Shown here in pieces: positions 9,058-19,088 of a stretch of DNA of 64,000 bases. The first letter of the stretch is position 1; each line of letters starts with the position of its first letter. This DNA comes from an uncultured bacterium (lineage in GTDB: Bacteria > Hydrothermota > Tepidihabitantia > B3-TA06). The position numbers and the translations under genes are program-made. The stretch spans positions 744 through 64,743 of the forward strand of contig CAZUXE010000009.1 in assembly GCA_964624585.1 (NCBI GenBank), read 5' to 3'. The notes below the pieces were generated by a model. The model worked only from the letters and a program-made list of their open reading frames with translations, was not told the DNA's origin and searched no databases.

Positions 9058-10572
9058 TTACTTTGTTTGGTAATTGTGTTGGGCGTTTCCGCCCCACATT
9101 GACCATCCTGTAGCTTTAGAGTCTTTTGCTTCAATGCAGAATACCGATCCGGCATCTGTTCCCCAATAAATATATCCGTCAACGATTACAGGCTGAAACC
9201 GAATTGATTCACCGCAATTATAACGCCAAAGTTCTTTTCCATTTGAAGCGTCAAGACAAATGATATCTCCGCTAACAGATCCCAAGTAAAGTTTGTTGTT
9301 AGCATATGCAGGCGGTGAAAGAGGTCTTCCGCCCGGGGAATCCTTTATTTTAATTGGATGTTTCCATAATACTTTACCGGTTTCGGCATCAAGCGCTTTG
9401 AGGGTATCGCCCATTGCGGTATATGATTTCTTGCCAATGATACAAGGACGTGAACCTTGATAAGACCACACTCCAGATACGGAAGCGATACCCAAATTAG
9501 TTTTGCTTTGCTCAAGTTTTGCTGCGGCAGGGGCGTCTGCAAATCCTACAGAAGCGTCTAACTCCGCTTGTTTTTTTGCATAATGGGTGCCTTGTTCTAT
9601 ATTAAGGTAGTCTGCTTCCTGCTTCGCCCATAAGATACGGTTATCTCTTTTTCCCGATTTTGTAATTCTACCTTGTCCTTCATTACGGACAATTATCTTA
9701 TTTCCGTTGACAATTTGTTCTTCATCTTCACGTAAACTGACATATATTTGGTTTTTCCATATCCATGGAGCGGAAGTGGCTTGATGTCTTTTGGAAAATA
9801 TTTTTTTACCTGTATGGAAATCAAAGCAATGAATAGAGCCTTCTAAAGTAGATGCATATACCAAAGTTTCATCAATTACAGGCGCTGAAATAAGCTCGCC
9901 GGGCAGTGTTGCTTCCCACAAGTGCTTACCTGTTTCGACTTCCATACAAACAAGGGAATGCCCGCCCTTGTCATTCGGAAAGGCCATTACGACCTTATTG
10001 TTTTTCATAGCAGGCTGACTCATTAATGGATCTCCCAGCCATTCTCCCCACAGTTTCTTGCCGGTTTCTGCATCAAGTACATAAAGAATACAGCTTTCGG
10101 TATTGAAAGCTACCTTTCCTTTATCAACAACCGCAGCGGTTGGACCATCATCTCCGCAGTGGAACAACCACTTAGGTTCGCCTGTTTTTGCGTCAAGTGC
10201 GTAGAATTCATATGAGCCGAAACCGCCCCCAATATAAAGTGTATTGTAGGCAATTGCCGGAGTAGCCAAGGGAAGTTGACGTAGCAGGCTGACTTTCCAG
10301 CCGGAACGACCGTCTTTTATTTGAAATCGCTTTTTAGAAAGTTTCGGGTTTTGCTCAAGAGACTCATTGCCCACTTCTTCTATCATTGCATCTTGTTGGG
10401 ACTGGGTTATGTTTAAGGGAAGAGCCTTGTTATCTGTGAACGTGGGTTGTTTCTGGTAATTATCACTGGAAGAATTCGTGGCGCTTCCTGTGAGAAATAT
10501 AGCCAAAAACGTAACAATTACGGCTTTAAAATATAGGAAGCAACTATTTTTTGGAAGTTGAACTTTGTGCAT
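9058..10572 (-). CDS. PQQ-like beta-propeller repeat protein (BamB-like fold), secreted
   Basis: Repeated Y.G..DG.lyAlDa.TGk.lW motifs (ALDAKTGEPKWLF, VLDAETGKKLWGE, CMEVETGKHLWEA, CLDASNGKELWRY). Confidence 0.7.
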   Translation of the reverse strand: MHKVQLPKNSCFLYFKAVIVTFLAIFLTGSATNSSSDNYQKQPTFTDNKALPLNITQSQQDAMIEEVGNESLEQNPKLSKKRFQIKDGRSGWKVSLLRQLPLATPAIAYNTLYIGGGFGSYEFYALDAKTGEPKWLFHCGDDGPTAAVVDKGKVAFNTESCILYVLDAETGKKLWGEWLGDPLMSQPAMKNNKVVMAFPNDKGGHSLVCMEVETGKHLWEATLPGELISAPVIDETLVYASTLEGSIHCFDFHTGKKIFSKRHQATSAPWIWKNQIYVSLREDEEQIVNGNKIIVRNEGQGRITKSGKRDNRILWAKQEADYLNIEQGTHYAKKQAELDASVGFADAPAAAKLEQSKTNLGIASVSGVWSYQGSRPCIIGKKSYTAMGDTLKALDAETGKVLWKHPIKIKDSPGGRPLSPPAYANNKLYLGSVSGDIICLDASNGKELWRYNCGESIRFQPVIVDGYIYWGTDAGSVFCIEAKDSKATGWSMWGGNAQHNYQTK

Positions 10573-10670
10573 TTTTTCTCCTAGGTATAGTTAATTATAG
10601 TAAGTAATACTGGTTTGGCAAAGAATTATTCCTCCTGTGTCCACTTAAAAATGCTAAAGCTAAAGTGAAG

Positions 10671-11471
10671 TTAATCTGCGATATAAGGGTCTTTACGCGG
10701 TTTATACAACTTAAAAAACCCGTCTGGTTGACGTTTGAGAAATATATATTTTTCTTGTAGTGAAGTATCGTTATCAACAATGTGTTCAATTTTCGCTAAA
10801 TAACAGAATAGATTTTCAGTAGGAAGGTCGTAAATAGGTATTTGTCTCAATAGAAGTATCTTGAAATGTTCCCCTTTACTTTTCCATTTTTTGAAGGCCG
10901 TCATGCTGGGGCGTTTATTAAACAGTATTTCTTTTTTGTAAAATTTGGGATAAGTTTCTCCATTCGGATTCAACAGCTTGTACGCGGATTTGAAATCGTT
11001 AGTATCTAAAGCGGCGTAGAATCGAAGAATAGTGCCGTGGGCCGGCGCCGAGCCTGGTTTTATGTGGAGGGGAACAACGGCTGCATTTGTTTTTCCTGCG
11101 TTATGGGCTGTTAGGGTATATGCTCTTATTTTGGCCGGTTGCGGGGCGACATCTGGAGGAATAGTTAAACCTATTTCGAAATCTACTGTATCAGGCGCTT
11201 TAGCTTTAAGCGGAAGGCCTCTTCGTTGGATTATTTCCCCGCCTTTGCTTACCAATGTAATTTCGAGATAACCTTGTTTAGTTGAAGCCTTGCCTTTGAC
11301 TAAAACCCAGGAAGCGGTGTCGTCAGTTTGAGGAGTGTAAAGTTCAATCATTTCAGTAGGATTCCCATTATCGTACTCAAAGGTTACGGTATTATCTTCG
11401 TTCTTACCCTTCCCACAAGCCAGTACAGCTAAAACAGCTATTATAATAGAGAGTTTTAATATATATTTCAT
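10671..11471 (-). CDS. hypothetical lipoprotein
   Basis: MKYILKLSIIIAVLAVLACGKGK signal/lipobox; no known motifs. Confidence 0.45.
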   Translation of the reverse strand: MKYILKLSIIIAVLAVLACGKGKNEDNTVTFEYDNGNPTEMIELYTPQTDDTASWVLVKGKASTKQGYLEITLVSKGGEIIQRRGLPLKAKAPDTVDFEIGLTIPPDVAPQPAKIRAYTLTAHNAGKTNAAVVPLHIKPGSAPAHGTILRFYAALDTNDFKSAYKLLNPNGETYPKFYKKEILFNKRPSMTAFKKWKSKGEHFKILLLRQIPIYDLPTENLFCYLAKIEHIVDNDTSLQEKYIFLKRQPDGFFKLYKPRKDPYIAD

Positions 11472-12210
11472 AATTCAGTTTACTAAGAATTATTACCGAT
11501 GTCAATACATAATTCACCTTATATATTTATCTATAGAAAAAGGAATGCAAAAAAAAACGACCTACAGATATGTTATAATGTCTAAATCATAAGTGTAGAA
11601 AATAGGGTATTTGTCTGGGAGTAACGCTAAAGAGAATTTAGTCTTCGGATACTATTCTGTTTCCATTTTCGTTTTCGGAGTAAGCTAAGAAGTTAGCAAG
11701 TTTATTTCGCTTTTGAATCTGTTGTAAAACTCCCGTTCCCTAAAAGAAAGGAGCGCCTGAATCCAAGCGCCCCATGGTGTTTGTTCTCCCACCCCTCGCT
11801 TTTGCCTTCCTCCCCCCTTCTCTTCTTCCCATCGTAAGCATCCCCTTTCCTACAATCTAATAAAAGCAATTTTTGTGCCAAGTATTTGGCGAAAGTTGTA
11901 TCTCTGTAAACATAGGCGTCTTATTGCTTTCGTGAAAAAAGGTATATATAGTCTGTAATTATTTGTTATCTAAAAGTATCATTGAATTGACTTTTTGGGG
12001 TATTCCTTTAAGTCTTATCTTATAACAAAGTTTCTGGATTTCTTAGGTTTATCCTATTCCCCCCTAACTAGGCGCTGGAATTATACGTTATCTTACTTCT
12101 ATCTTAAATTTATAGAGCTATCTCCTTCCGCAATACCCGGAATTCATTCCAAATATTTATCTTGCTTAAATTTATATAAGATTCTCTCTATATAGTATAG
12201 TGTAAGAATA

Positions 12211-12237
12211 CAAAAAAGAAGCCTCCATGGAGGCTTC
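12211..12237 (-). terminator. Rho-independent terminator downstream of the pta-like gene (perfect 20-nt palindrome gaagcctccatggaggcttc followed by a T6 run on the minus strand)
   Basis: Read directly in the sequence. Confidence 0.7.
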
Positions 12238-12288
12238 TTAATCGCAGAGTAAAATATTGTCTACAGTATTATCTCAACATCCTAAAAG

Positions 12289-13182
12289 CTAGACGCTGGC
12301 TATGGCTCCAAGAGCTATTGAATTCAACTTAGTTTCGGCGTCATCTGCTCGCGATAGCATGACAACCGGTTTAGCCGCGCCTGCAACAATGCCGCAGGCC
12401 TTTGCTGCGCCTAGATAGATAAGTCCCTTGGCAAATACATTTCCAGTTGTAATATCGGGTACAATCATGATATCGGCCGCGCCTGCAACTTGGCTTTTCA
12501 CAGCTTTCATTTTTACAGCTTCAGGTGATACAGATAAATCAAGCGCCAGAGGGCCATCAATCAATGCCCCCTTTATCTGTTTGCGGTTAGCCATTTGTGT
12601 AATTTCAGCCCATTCAAGGGTTTCGGGCATTTTAGGGTTTATGGCTTCAATTGCTGCTAGCAGGGCAACTTTAGGTGTATCTATACCCAGAGAATGGGCA
12701 ATGTCTATAGAATTATTAATAATATCAAGTTTAGTTTTTAAGTCAGGGCGAATATTCATACCGCCGTCTGAAACCATAATAAGGCGGCCTAGCTCACGTG
12801 GTTCAAGAATCGCTATATGTGAGAGAACTCGTCCAGTTCGTAAGCCCTTTTCCTTATGAAGCACAGCACTCAAAAATGCAGAGGTAGGTAGATGACCTTT
12901 CAAAAGGAAGTCGCCTTTTGTTGCTACTTCCTGTACCGCTTTCAATGCAGCTTCTGAATTTGGGCAGTCGATTACTTCAAATGCGTCAAGGGTTATTCCA
13001 GCCTGCTGAGCCGCTTTCTTAATATCATCAGCTTGTCCGCACAGTATACCTTTGGCAATTCCTTCTTTTTGGGCTTCATCTAAGGCCTTTAGCGTTACAA
13101 CATCAGCGGCAGCGGCCACCACGCATCTTTTGGGGCCTAATTGTCGAGCTTTTTCTTTAAGTTGAGATAGTGAGTTTATCAT
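12289..13182 (-). CDS. phosphate acetyl/butyryltransferase (Pta/Ptb family, short form)
   Basis: ~300-aa Pta_PtaB-fold protein: ...DGPLALD..., AGAADIMIVPDITTGN, GAAKPVVMLSRADDAETKLNSIALG. Confidence 0.75.
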   Translation of the reverse strand: MINSLSQLKEKARQLGPKRCVVAAAADVVTLKALDEAQKEGIAKGILCGQADDIKKAAQQAGITLDAFEVIDCPNSEAALKAVQEVATKGDFLLKGHLPTSAFLSAVLHKEKGLRTGRVLSHIAILEPRELGRLIMVSDGGMNIRPDLKTKLDIINNSIDIAHSLGIDTPKVALLAAIEAINPKMPETLEWAEITQMANRKQIKGALIDGPLALDLSVSPEAVKMKAVKSQVAGAADIMIVPDITTGNVFAKGLIYLGAAKACGIVAGAAKPVVMLSRADDAETKLNSIALGAIASV

Positions 13183-13191
13183 CAGTTTCTC

Positions 13192-16100
13192 CTAAAGATT
13201 ATAAGTTCGTTTAAGGCTATCGCGAAGTATACGTAAACTTGATTCCGAAGGATAAAGTTGAATGCTTTTTTCAATCACTTTCAAGGCGTTTTTGGGATCT
13301 TTGAGATAATCCATGTATAATCTAATTGTTACAAGGTTGCCTGGGTATTTCGTATCCCATGTTTTGAGTAAATTAAGTGCCTTTGATGTATCGTTGACTT
13401 CCCGTAAATAGAACATGAATATCTTAATGAAGTTTTCCGGATTATCTTCAGTGGCATTAGAAGCTAGTTCATTGAATTGACGATACGCTTCTGCAGTATC
13501 ACCAATTCTTAAAGAATTCACAGCTTGTTCGATTAAGAAATTAGCATCAAGCCAACCGTTTGCTTTTAAGGTATCAAAGTAGATTTGAGCGTCGTCAGCT
13601 ACTCCTGCAAACTTAGCTAAAGTATATAGTCTGTTATAATAATATTTGCGTAAAGCGTCTTCTGCATCAAATGTAGCCACCGGTTTAACAAAATTATAGG
13701 TTTCCTTGGTGTCATAGCCGTATTTAATCATGTGTTCAGCTACGTTTAGCATGATTATACCGTAATGACTGTAAAGGAGGTCAGTTTGCTCACTATGGCG
13801 TACCCTGCTATCCATTATTGACGTAAACTGGAATTCCTGTGTAAACATTTTGTATGACTTTTCAATATCTACGGGAGGAATTGAATATACAGAAACTGGC
13901 ATATCCTGGGGAGGTTTCCTGAAGCGGTAGGCAAGGCCTTCCTGAATAAGATAGCGATGATAGTTTTGTATTTTACTTGGTAGAACCGTTGTAGAAAAGT
14001 ATATGGGCATAGTGCCTTCTTTATAACGCTCAAGAACTTTAAGGCAGAAACTATCTACAGGGATTAAATAATCAAGAGGTATTTTAGTAAAGTGTCCTGC
14101 AAATCCGCGTAGTCTTACCTCTACTTTTTCAGAGTCTGCATATACAATACCTGCGTTGGTTGCGAGCATATCCCTAATCATAATATCGGCTAGCATGTAT
14201 CTATTATGGCCGTCTGATGAGATGGCTATGGGTGGTAGATTGTCAATTTCGCCAGACTTGTAACTTACAGTTAAGTAGTTCACATCCAAAGGGTTATAGA
14301 TAATTATTTCACCTCTGGAGTAATCAACTTCTCCAATAGTTTCACGTCCAATCTTTAATTTACCTTCTTTATTATCCTGAACCTGTTTAGTAGCATAGGA
14401 GAATTCAAGTGTTCCTTTCTTAATGGAAGGGTGAGCGACTTTTCCAACCCATAATGTATCCAGACCACCATTTTTAGCAGGAACTACTCCCTTGGAAAAG
14501 CGAAGCTTTTCATTGTTAGATTCATAAACGAAAGATATGGGCGCTCCCTTTCGTTTCAAGGTTTCAATATACCAAGGAGTGTTCAGAAGCGAAAGGTTGG
14601 CATTGATTACTCCATGTTTGTATGGTTTTTCCCCGTTTTCGTATCGAACGGAGGGAACTTCTTGGACAAACCATAAAGGGAAGGTGTCGTTATCACCGTT
14701 TGTGAAAATAACTGAAGGGTCGGAACATGATGCAAGAAGGTTATAACCGTATTCTAAAGGGATCCAGTCATGCTGTCTGGTTACTATAGGCCAATTTATA
14801 AGAGCTATGGGAATTATTAGTAGTGCGATACCCCCTGAGAGAATTCCTCCTGCGGCCTTATAACTCTTGTTAAGCTTTCTTTTCAAAGTCCGCAAAATCT
14901 CGTACATCCCAAAACCGATGAATAGTCCATAGAATACGTAACTAAAGGTAAAGAAATAGTCTCGTTCACGGACCTCCCGTGGTAAGCTGGTGTACCCATC
15001 CGGTACAGGGCCAGTGTGTCCGAATCTCATATTAAGGTAGATTACAAGGCCGGCGGATGAAACAATGAAGGCTGTGAAAAGCAACCAGAAGAGTTTCCTG
15101 TCTCTTTTAGCTAAGGAGTAAAGTCCAATTACTCCCAGGAATATTGGAACAAACGCTAATAGAAGTCTTCCTGCGCGAGCTAAAAGGGGTAGGTTGGTGA
15201 AAGTATTGTTAATGCCCCATTGCCACAGGAAATATTTACCGTAGAGTGCAAACTGCCATAGTAGGCCACTAAAAGCCGAAAGGCCTGTAGGTAAGCCGGT
15301 ATCGGGATGTATAACCGTTTTGCGCGGCCACAATTGGCTGTCAATAGTAGGGGCTCCGTACTGTTCACGGTGTAGAACGGACATAAATCTTGCCCAGGTG
15401 GTTGGGTCCTGCATATTAATTGATGGGTGATGCTGCGCTCGCACTATAAGATAGAGTTGAACTGAGAGAGCGATTAGCAGAATAAGGAATCCAAGCCCGA
15501 AGAATTTCATATCTAACTTGTATTCCTTTGCCGCGTACAGGAAGCTAATGGCTATAAGTGCCAATCCAATAAACAAAGTCCAGTAGGGTAGGGTTGTTTT
15601 ATTTAGGACATTAAATGTAAGGACAGCTAGAACTATCCATGATGCAAGGAAAAATAGGGCAGGAGTAAAGGATTTTTTCTTAGAATTACTTACTTGGGTT
15701 AAAAGATAGATTCCAAAGAATAAGAGAATAAATATTTGTACTGCCCCAAATCTGAAAAGTATAAATGAAAGACCAAGTATTCCCAACAAGAATGTAGGCA
15801 GTAAGCGGTGATTTATAAGCAATATGAATGGTATCAAGGCAAAAAGCATCATTACTGGAGTAAGGTGAATTCCCGCCGATAAAAAGATTATGTAGAGAAC
15901 AGCAAGCATAAGTCGGTTGGAAAATTCATCCTTAGCAGGTTTATCCCTAAAATCGGCTTTGATATCGCTTAACTCTCCGCTATTTTCTAGCTTTTTAGTT
16001 CGAGTTCTTGAGCTTTGTTTTTCTTTCCAAAGAATTGCCAGATATACAATTATAAGTCCAATTAAAGAAGATGGGGCGTAAACTTCAGCTTCAAGGGAGT

Positions 16101-16503
16101 TTTCCCACACAGAATAGGCAAATATTGTAAATAAGGCGCCTATAATTCCTGCAGTTACTGGTACCCAATTTTCCCTAACTTTGGAGGCAAAACTTTTGTA
16201 TGAACGTGTAACACGGCTTATGATAAGCACTACAAAACCTGCGGAAAGGGCTGCCGATATAACGCTAATGATATTGATTCTGAATGCGGGTTCTTTTAAG
16301 AATGGAATCAATGCAAATAATCGACCAATTAACACATACAAAGGTGTGCCAGGAGGGTGTGGTACACCTAAGTTGTAGGAACAGGAAATAAATTCCCCTA
16401 CATCCCAAAAAGCTACCGTAGGTGAGACGGTTATAACATAAACTATAAAGGCTATTATGAATACAAATCCTGCCCCAATCCAATCAATTCCGCGTTGTTT
16501 CAT
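13192..16503 (-). CDS. large polytopic membrane protein, DUF2723/GT-C-like putative glycosyltransferase, with C-terminal TPR repeats
   Basis: N-terminus FWDVGEFIS (PMT/DUF2723-like acidic motif) followed by >12 predicted TM helices; C-terminal ~300 aa TPR-like. Confidence 0.5.
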   Translation of the reverse strand: MKQRGIDWIGAGFVFIIAFIVYVITVSPTVAFWDVGEFISCSYNLGVPHPPGTPLYVLIGRLFALIPFLKEPAFRINIISVISAALSAGFVVLIISRVTRSYKSFASKVRENWVPVTAGIIGALFTIFAYSVWENSLEAEVYAPSSLIGLIIVYLAILWKEKQSSRTRTKKLENSGELSDIKADFRDKPAKDEFSNRLMLAVLYIIFLSAGIHLTPVMMLFALIPFILLINHRLLPTFLLGILGLSFILFRFGAVQIFILLFFGIYLLTQVSNSKKKSFTPALFFLASWIVLAVLTFNVLNKTTLPYWTLFIGLALIAISFLYAAKEYKLDMKFFGLGFLILLIALSVQLYLIVRAQHHPSINMQDPTTWARFMSVLHREQYGAPTIDSQLWPRKTVIHPDTGLPTGLSAFSGLLWQFALYGKYFLWQWGINNTFTNLPLLARAGRLLLAFVPIFLGVIGLYSLAKRDRKLFWLLFTAFIVSSAGLVIYLNMRFGHTGPVPDGYTSLPREVRERDYFFTFSYVFYGLFIGFGMYEILRTLKRKLNKSYKAAGGILSGGIALLIIPIALINWPIVTRQHDWIPLEYGYNLLASCSDPSVIFTNGDNDTFPLWFVQEVPSVRYENGEKPYKHGVINANLSLLNTPWYIETLKRKGAPISFVYESNNEKLRFSKGVVPAKNGGLDTLWVGKVAHPSIKKGTLEFSYATKQVQDNKEGKLKIGRETIGEVDYSRGEIIIYNPLDVNYLTVSYKSGEIDNLPPIAISSDGHNRYMLADIMIRDMLATNAGIVYADSEKVEVRLRGFAGHFTKIPLDYLIPVDSFCLKVLERYKEGTMPIYFSTTVLPSKIQNYHRYLIQEGLAYRFRKPPQDMPVSVYSIPPVDIEKSYKMFTQEFQFTSIMDSRVRHSEQTDLLYSHYGIIMLNVAEHMIKYGYDTKETYNFVKPVATFDAEDALRKYYYNRLYTLAKFAGVADDAQIYFDTLKANGWLDANFLIEQAVNSLRIGDTAEAYRQFNELASNATEDNPENFIKIFMFYLREVNDTSKALNLLKTWDTKYPGNLVTIRLYMDYLKDPKNALKVIEKSIQLYPSESSLRILRDSLKRTYNL

Positions 16504-17262
16504 TTATTTTTCCTCCTTGGCATATACCTTTTCAAGGTAAGCGGTCAAATCTTTTATTTCCAAATTCGTGTACAATTTTCCGTCCAAGCCCACACTTATT
16601 CCTCCGGTCTCTTCACTTACAACTATAGTTATAGCATCGGTAGCGGTACATATTCCCAGAGCTGCGCGATGCCTCATTCCGTAATAATCCTCTACCCATG
16701 GTTCATCACTTACAGGTAGAATGCAGGCAGCCGCCATCAACTTATCGCCTCGTATAATGCAGGCTCCGTCATGTAGGGGAGAGGGCGGGGTGAATACCGA
16801 TACTATAAGGGCAGCTGAAACCTTTGCGTCCAATTTTGTACCGGTTTGCACATACTCTCCCAAATCAATATCCCGTTCAAATACAATTAATGCTCCCATT
16901 TTTCGTTTGCGCATCTGTTCTACCGCTTTTATAATTTCTGAAATAGCCATGTGTTCTGCTGCCGGTACTAGGAATCTAAGCAGGCGGTAACGTCCCATTC
17001 TAGCAAGGGCGTTACGAATTTCAGGCTGGAAGAGAATTACAAAGGCAATAATCCATACAGCTACAAGAGAATCCAGAATAAGCGATAAGGCGCTTAGGTT
17101 GAAAGTTTTAGCTAATAGGGATAGAATAAAAATGAAGATAAGTCCTATTAGAATCTGAAGCGCTCGGGTACCTTTTATAAAACGTAGGAAGAGATAAATG
17201 ATTACACCAACAACACCGATATCAATAAAATCTATAAGAGTAGGTTTCAGTATATCAATCAT
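16504..17262 (-). CDS. cdaA: diadenylate cyclase CdaA (c-di-AMP synthase); start taken at MIDILKPT, 8-nt overlap with folP
   Basis: 3 N-terminal TM helices, then DAC domain with PLHDGACII (DGA) and GMRHRAALG (RHR) motifs. Confidence 0.85.
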   Translation of the reverse strand: MIDILKPTLIDFIDIGVVGVIIYLFLRFIKGTRALQILIGLIFIFILSLLAKTFNLSALSLILDSLVAVWIIAFVILFQPEIRNALARMGRYRLLRFLVPAAEHMAISEIIKAVEQMRKRKMGALIVFERDIDLGEYVQTGTKLDAKVSAALIVSVFTPPSPLHDGACIIRGDKLMAAACILPVSDEPWVEDYYGMRHRAALGICTATDAITIVVSEETGGISVGLDGKLYTNLEIKDLTAYLEKVYAKEEK

Positions 17263-18466
17263 GCTTAATCCTTTGGAAGGGTTCTTTTGAATAAATAGCG
17301 GCTGCAGCGTCAAGCGCTTTTCGGGTTTCTGCAATGTCGTGGACCCTTAGGATATTAGCACCGTTGGTGTAGGCTATAAGGGCAGCCGCAAGGGAGGCTT
17401 CTATACGATTTTCTATTGTAAGCCCTAATAATTTCCCTAAAAAGGATTTTCTTGAAGCTCCGACTAATATAGGTCGGTGAAAAGAGCGCAATTCAGCAAG
17501 TCGGCGTATTGCTGCGGTGTTGTCTTCTACCCTTTTCCCAAAGCCAATACCCGGGTCTATTATGATAGAAGATACGCCGGAATTCTTAATCTGACTCAAT
17601 TTTTCTGCAAAAAAGGAATACAATTCGGCAGAAAAGTCCTCATAATGTGGATTTTCTTGCATATCAGCCGGACTGCCTTTAATGTGCATTAGAATATAGG
17701 CTGCACGGTAGTTGCTCACTAAGCTTAAAAGCTCAGTTGAGGCTTTAGCGGATATATCATTTACTATAGAAGCGTTATGCTCAAGTGCAAGGGCGGCTAC
17801 CTCAGGATGAGTAGTATCCACAGACCAAATTTGTGTCTTGTTGGCAAGATGGGTAAATATAGGTTTAAGCCGACGGATCTGTTCCTCTGCTGGCACCGGT
17901 TGAGCGCCCGGGCGAGTAGATTCTGCCCCAACATCAACAATATCAGCGCCTTGGCTTAAGATTTCGTTAACCCTTTTACAGGCTGTTTCAGGATTAAAAT
18001 ATTTTCCGCCGTCAGAGAAGGAATCGGGAGTAACATTAAGGATACCCATTACTAATGGTTTGTTGAACTTAAGGACGCCTGCCGGTAAATTCATATCCGG
18101 TAATGGAGTTTCAAATTCAGAAAGAAATTCTGTAATCATTTTCTTCAACTGGGCTAGACCAAAAGGTTGAGTGTCAAGGGCCTCCATAATTCTACGCAGT
18201 TGACGTTTGGTACCTATAAAAATGGCATCAGAACGTTCCACCTTGCCCGTAATAACCTCACGGTGAACGGCCAAATCGGCGCCAAAGCTGAGAGCCGTTT
18301 GCTTTAATATGTTAGCCGCCGGTGTAGACAGATTAGTGATTTTTAGCAAAAACCCATCGCTTTTCTCTATAAAAATATTAATGCAGTAATCGTCTACACC
18401 AATACGTAAAATTTCTTCACGAAACTCTTCAATCGACCCAGGTACAAGCGCTCTTAAAGCTAGCAC
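17255..18466 (-). CDS. folP: dihydropteroate synthase with a ~135-aa N-terminal extension of unknown function
   Basis: MGILNVTPDSFSDGG...VDVGAESTRPGA...DPGIGFGK pterin-binding motifs begin at residue ~140. Confidence 0.85.
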   Translation of the reverse strand: MLALRALVPGSIEEFREEILRIGVDDYCINIFIEKSDGFLLKITNLSTPAANILKQTALSFGADLAVHREVITGKVERSDAIFIGTKRQLRRIMEALDTQPFGLAQLKKMITEFLSEFETPLPDMNLPAGVLKFNKPLVMGILNVTPDSFSDGGKYFNPETACKRVNEILSQGADIVDVGAESTRPGAQPVPAEEQIRRLKPIFTHLANKTQIWSVDTTHPEVAALALEHNASIVNDISAKASTELLSLVSNYRAAYILMHIKGSPADMQENPHYEDFSAELYSFFAEKLSQIKNSGVSSIIIDPGIGFGKRVEDNTAAIRRLAELRSFHRPILVGASRKSFLGKLLGLTIENRIEASLAAALIAYTNGANILRVHDIAETRKALDAAAAIYSKEPFQRIKHD

Positions 18467-18524
18467 GAATGTTGCTCCTTCTTCCTAGCGAGGAGTTCAC
18501 ACGGAATTAATAGTCCCGAAGCTA

Positions 18525-19088
18525 TCACAGACGCAGTCCCTTCATAAGCGAAAGAGCCTCAGAGCGTGTTTTTGCCGAACGGAAGGCGCCGCGCATTGCA
18601 GAGGTTAAAGTAAGAGTGCCGGGTTTTTTGACCCCACGCATAGTAACACATAGGTGTTCTGCTTCAATAACGGCCATAACCCCAAGTGGGTGAAGCTGAC
18701 TTTGGAAAATATCGGCTATTTCTGTGGTTAAGCGTTCCTGTATCTGGAGACGCTTGGTAAGGATATCCACAAAGCGGACTATATCGCCAAAACCGGTTAT
18801 GCGATTTTCACGAGGAATATAGGCAAGATGAACCTTTCCGAAAAAAGGAAGCAGATGATGTTCGCAGATAGAATAGAAAGGTATATCTTTTACCAGAATC
18901 ATTTCATCTTGATTTGGTGCGGTGTAGGCTTTGAGAACCTTTCGTGGATCTTTACCCATACCTGAGAGTATCTCAGGTAACATACGAGATACAGCGTCCG
19001 GTGTATCCCGTACTCCCTGTCTGGCGCTATCTTCTCCTATTGCTTCCAGCAATTCTTGGATAGCAGCCTTAATTCTTTTTTCGTCCAC
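18525..19088 (-). CDS. folE: GTP cyclohydrolase I
   Basis: FYSICEHHLLPFFGKVHLAYIP and the ...TGFGDIVRFVD region. Confidence 0.85.
   Translation of the reverse strand: MDEKRIKAAIQELLEAIGEDSARQGVRDTPDAVSRMLPEILSGMGKDPRKVLKAYTAPNQDEMILVKDIPFYSICEHHLLPFFGKVHLAYIPRENRITGFGDIVRFVDILTKRLQIQERLTTEIADIFQSQLHPLGVMAVIEAEHLCVTMRGVKKPGTLTLTSAMRGAFRSAKTRSEALSLMKGLRL

Noticed and set aside
10595-10789. 64-aa ORF overlapping the 3' end of the lipoprotein gene
   Set aside because: It is in a shadow frame of a longer, better-supported gene.
11760-11850. CT-rich tract as a CRISPR-like or tandem repeat
   Set aside because: It is a low-complexity polypyrimidine run without a repeating unit, so it is noted only as an unusual non-coding feature.
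12428-12859. 143-aa plus-strand ORF
   Set aside because: It is entirely antisense within the pta-like gene. It is an Ala/Ser-rich low-complexity translation typical of a shadow ORF.
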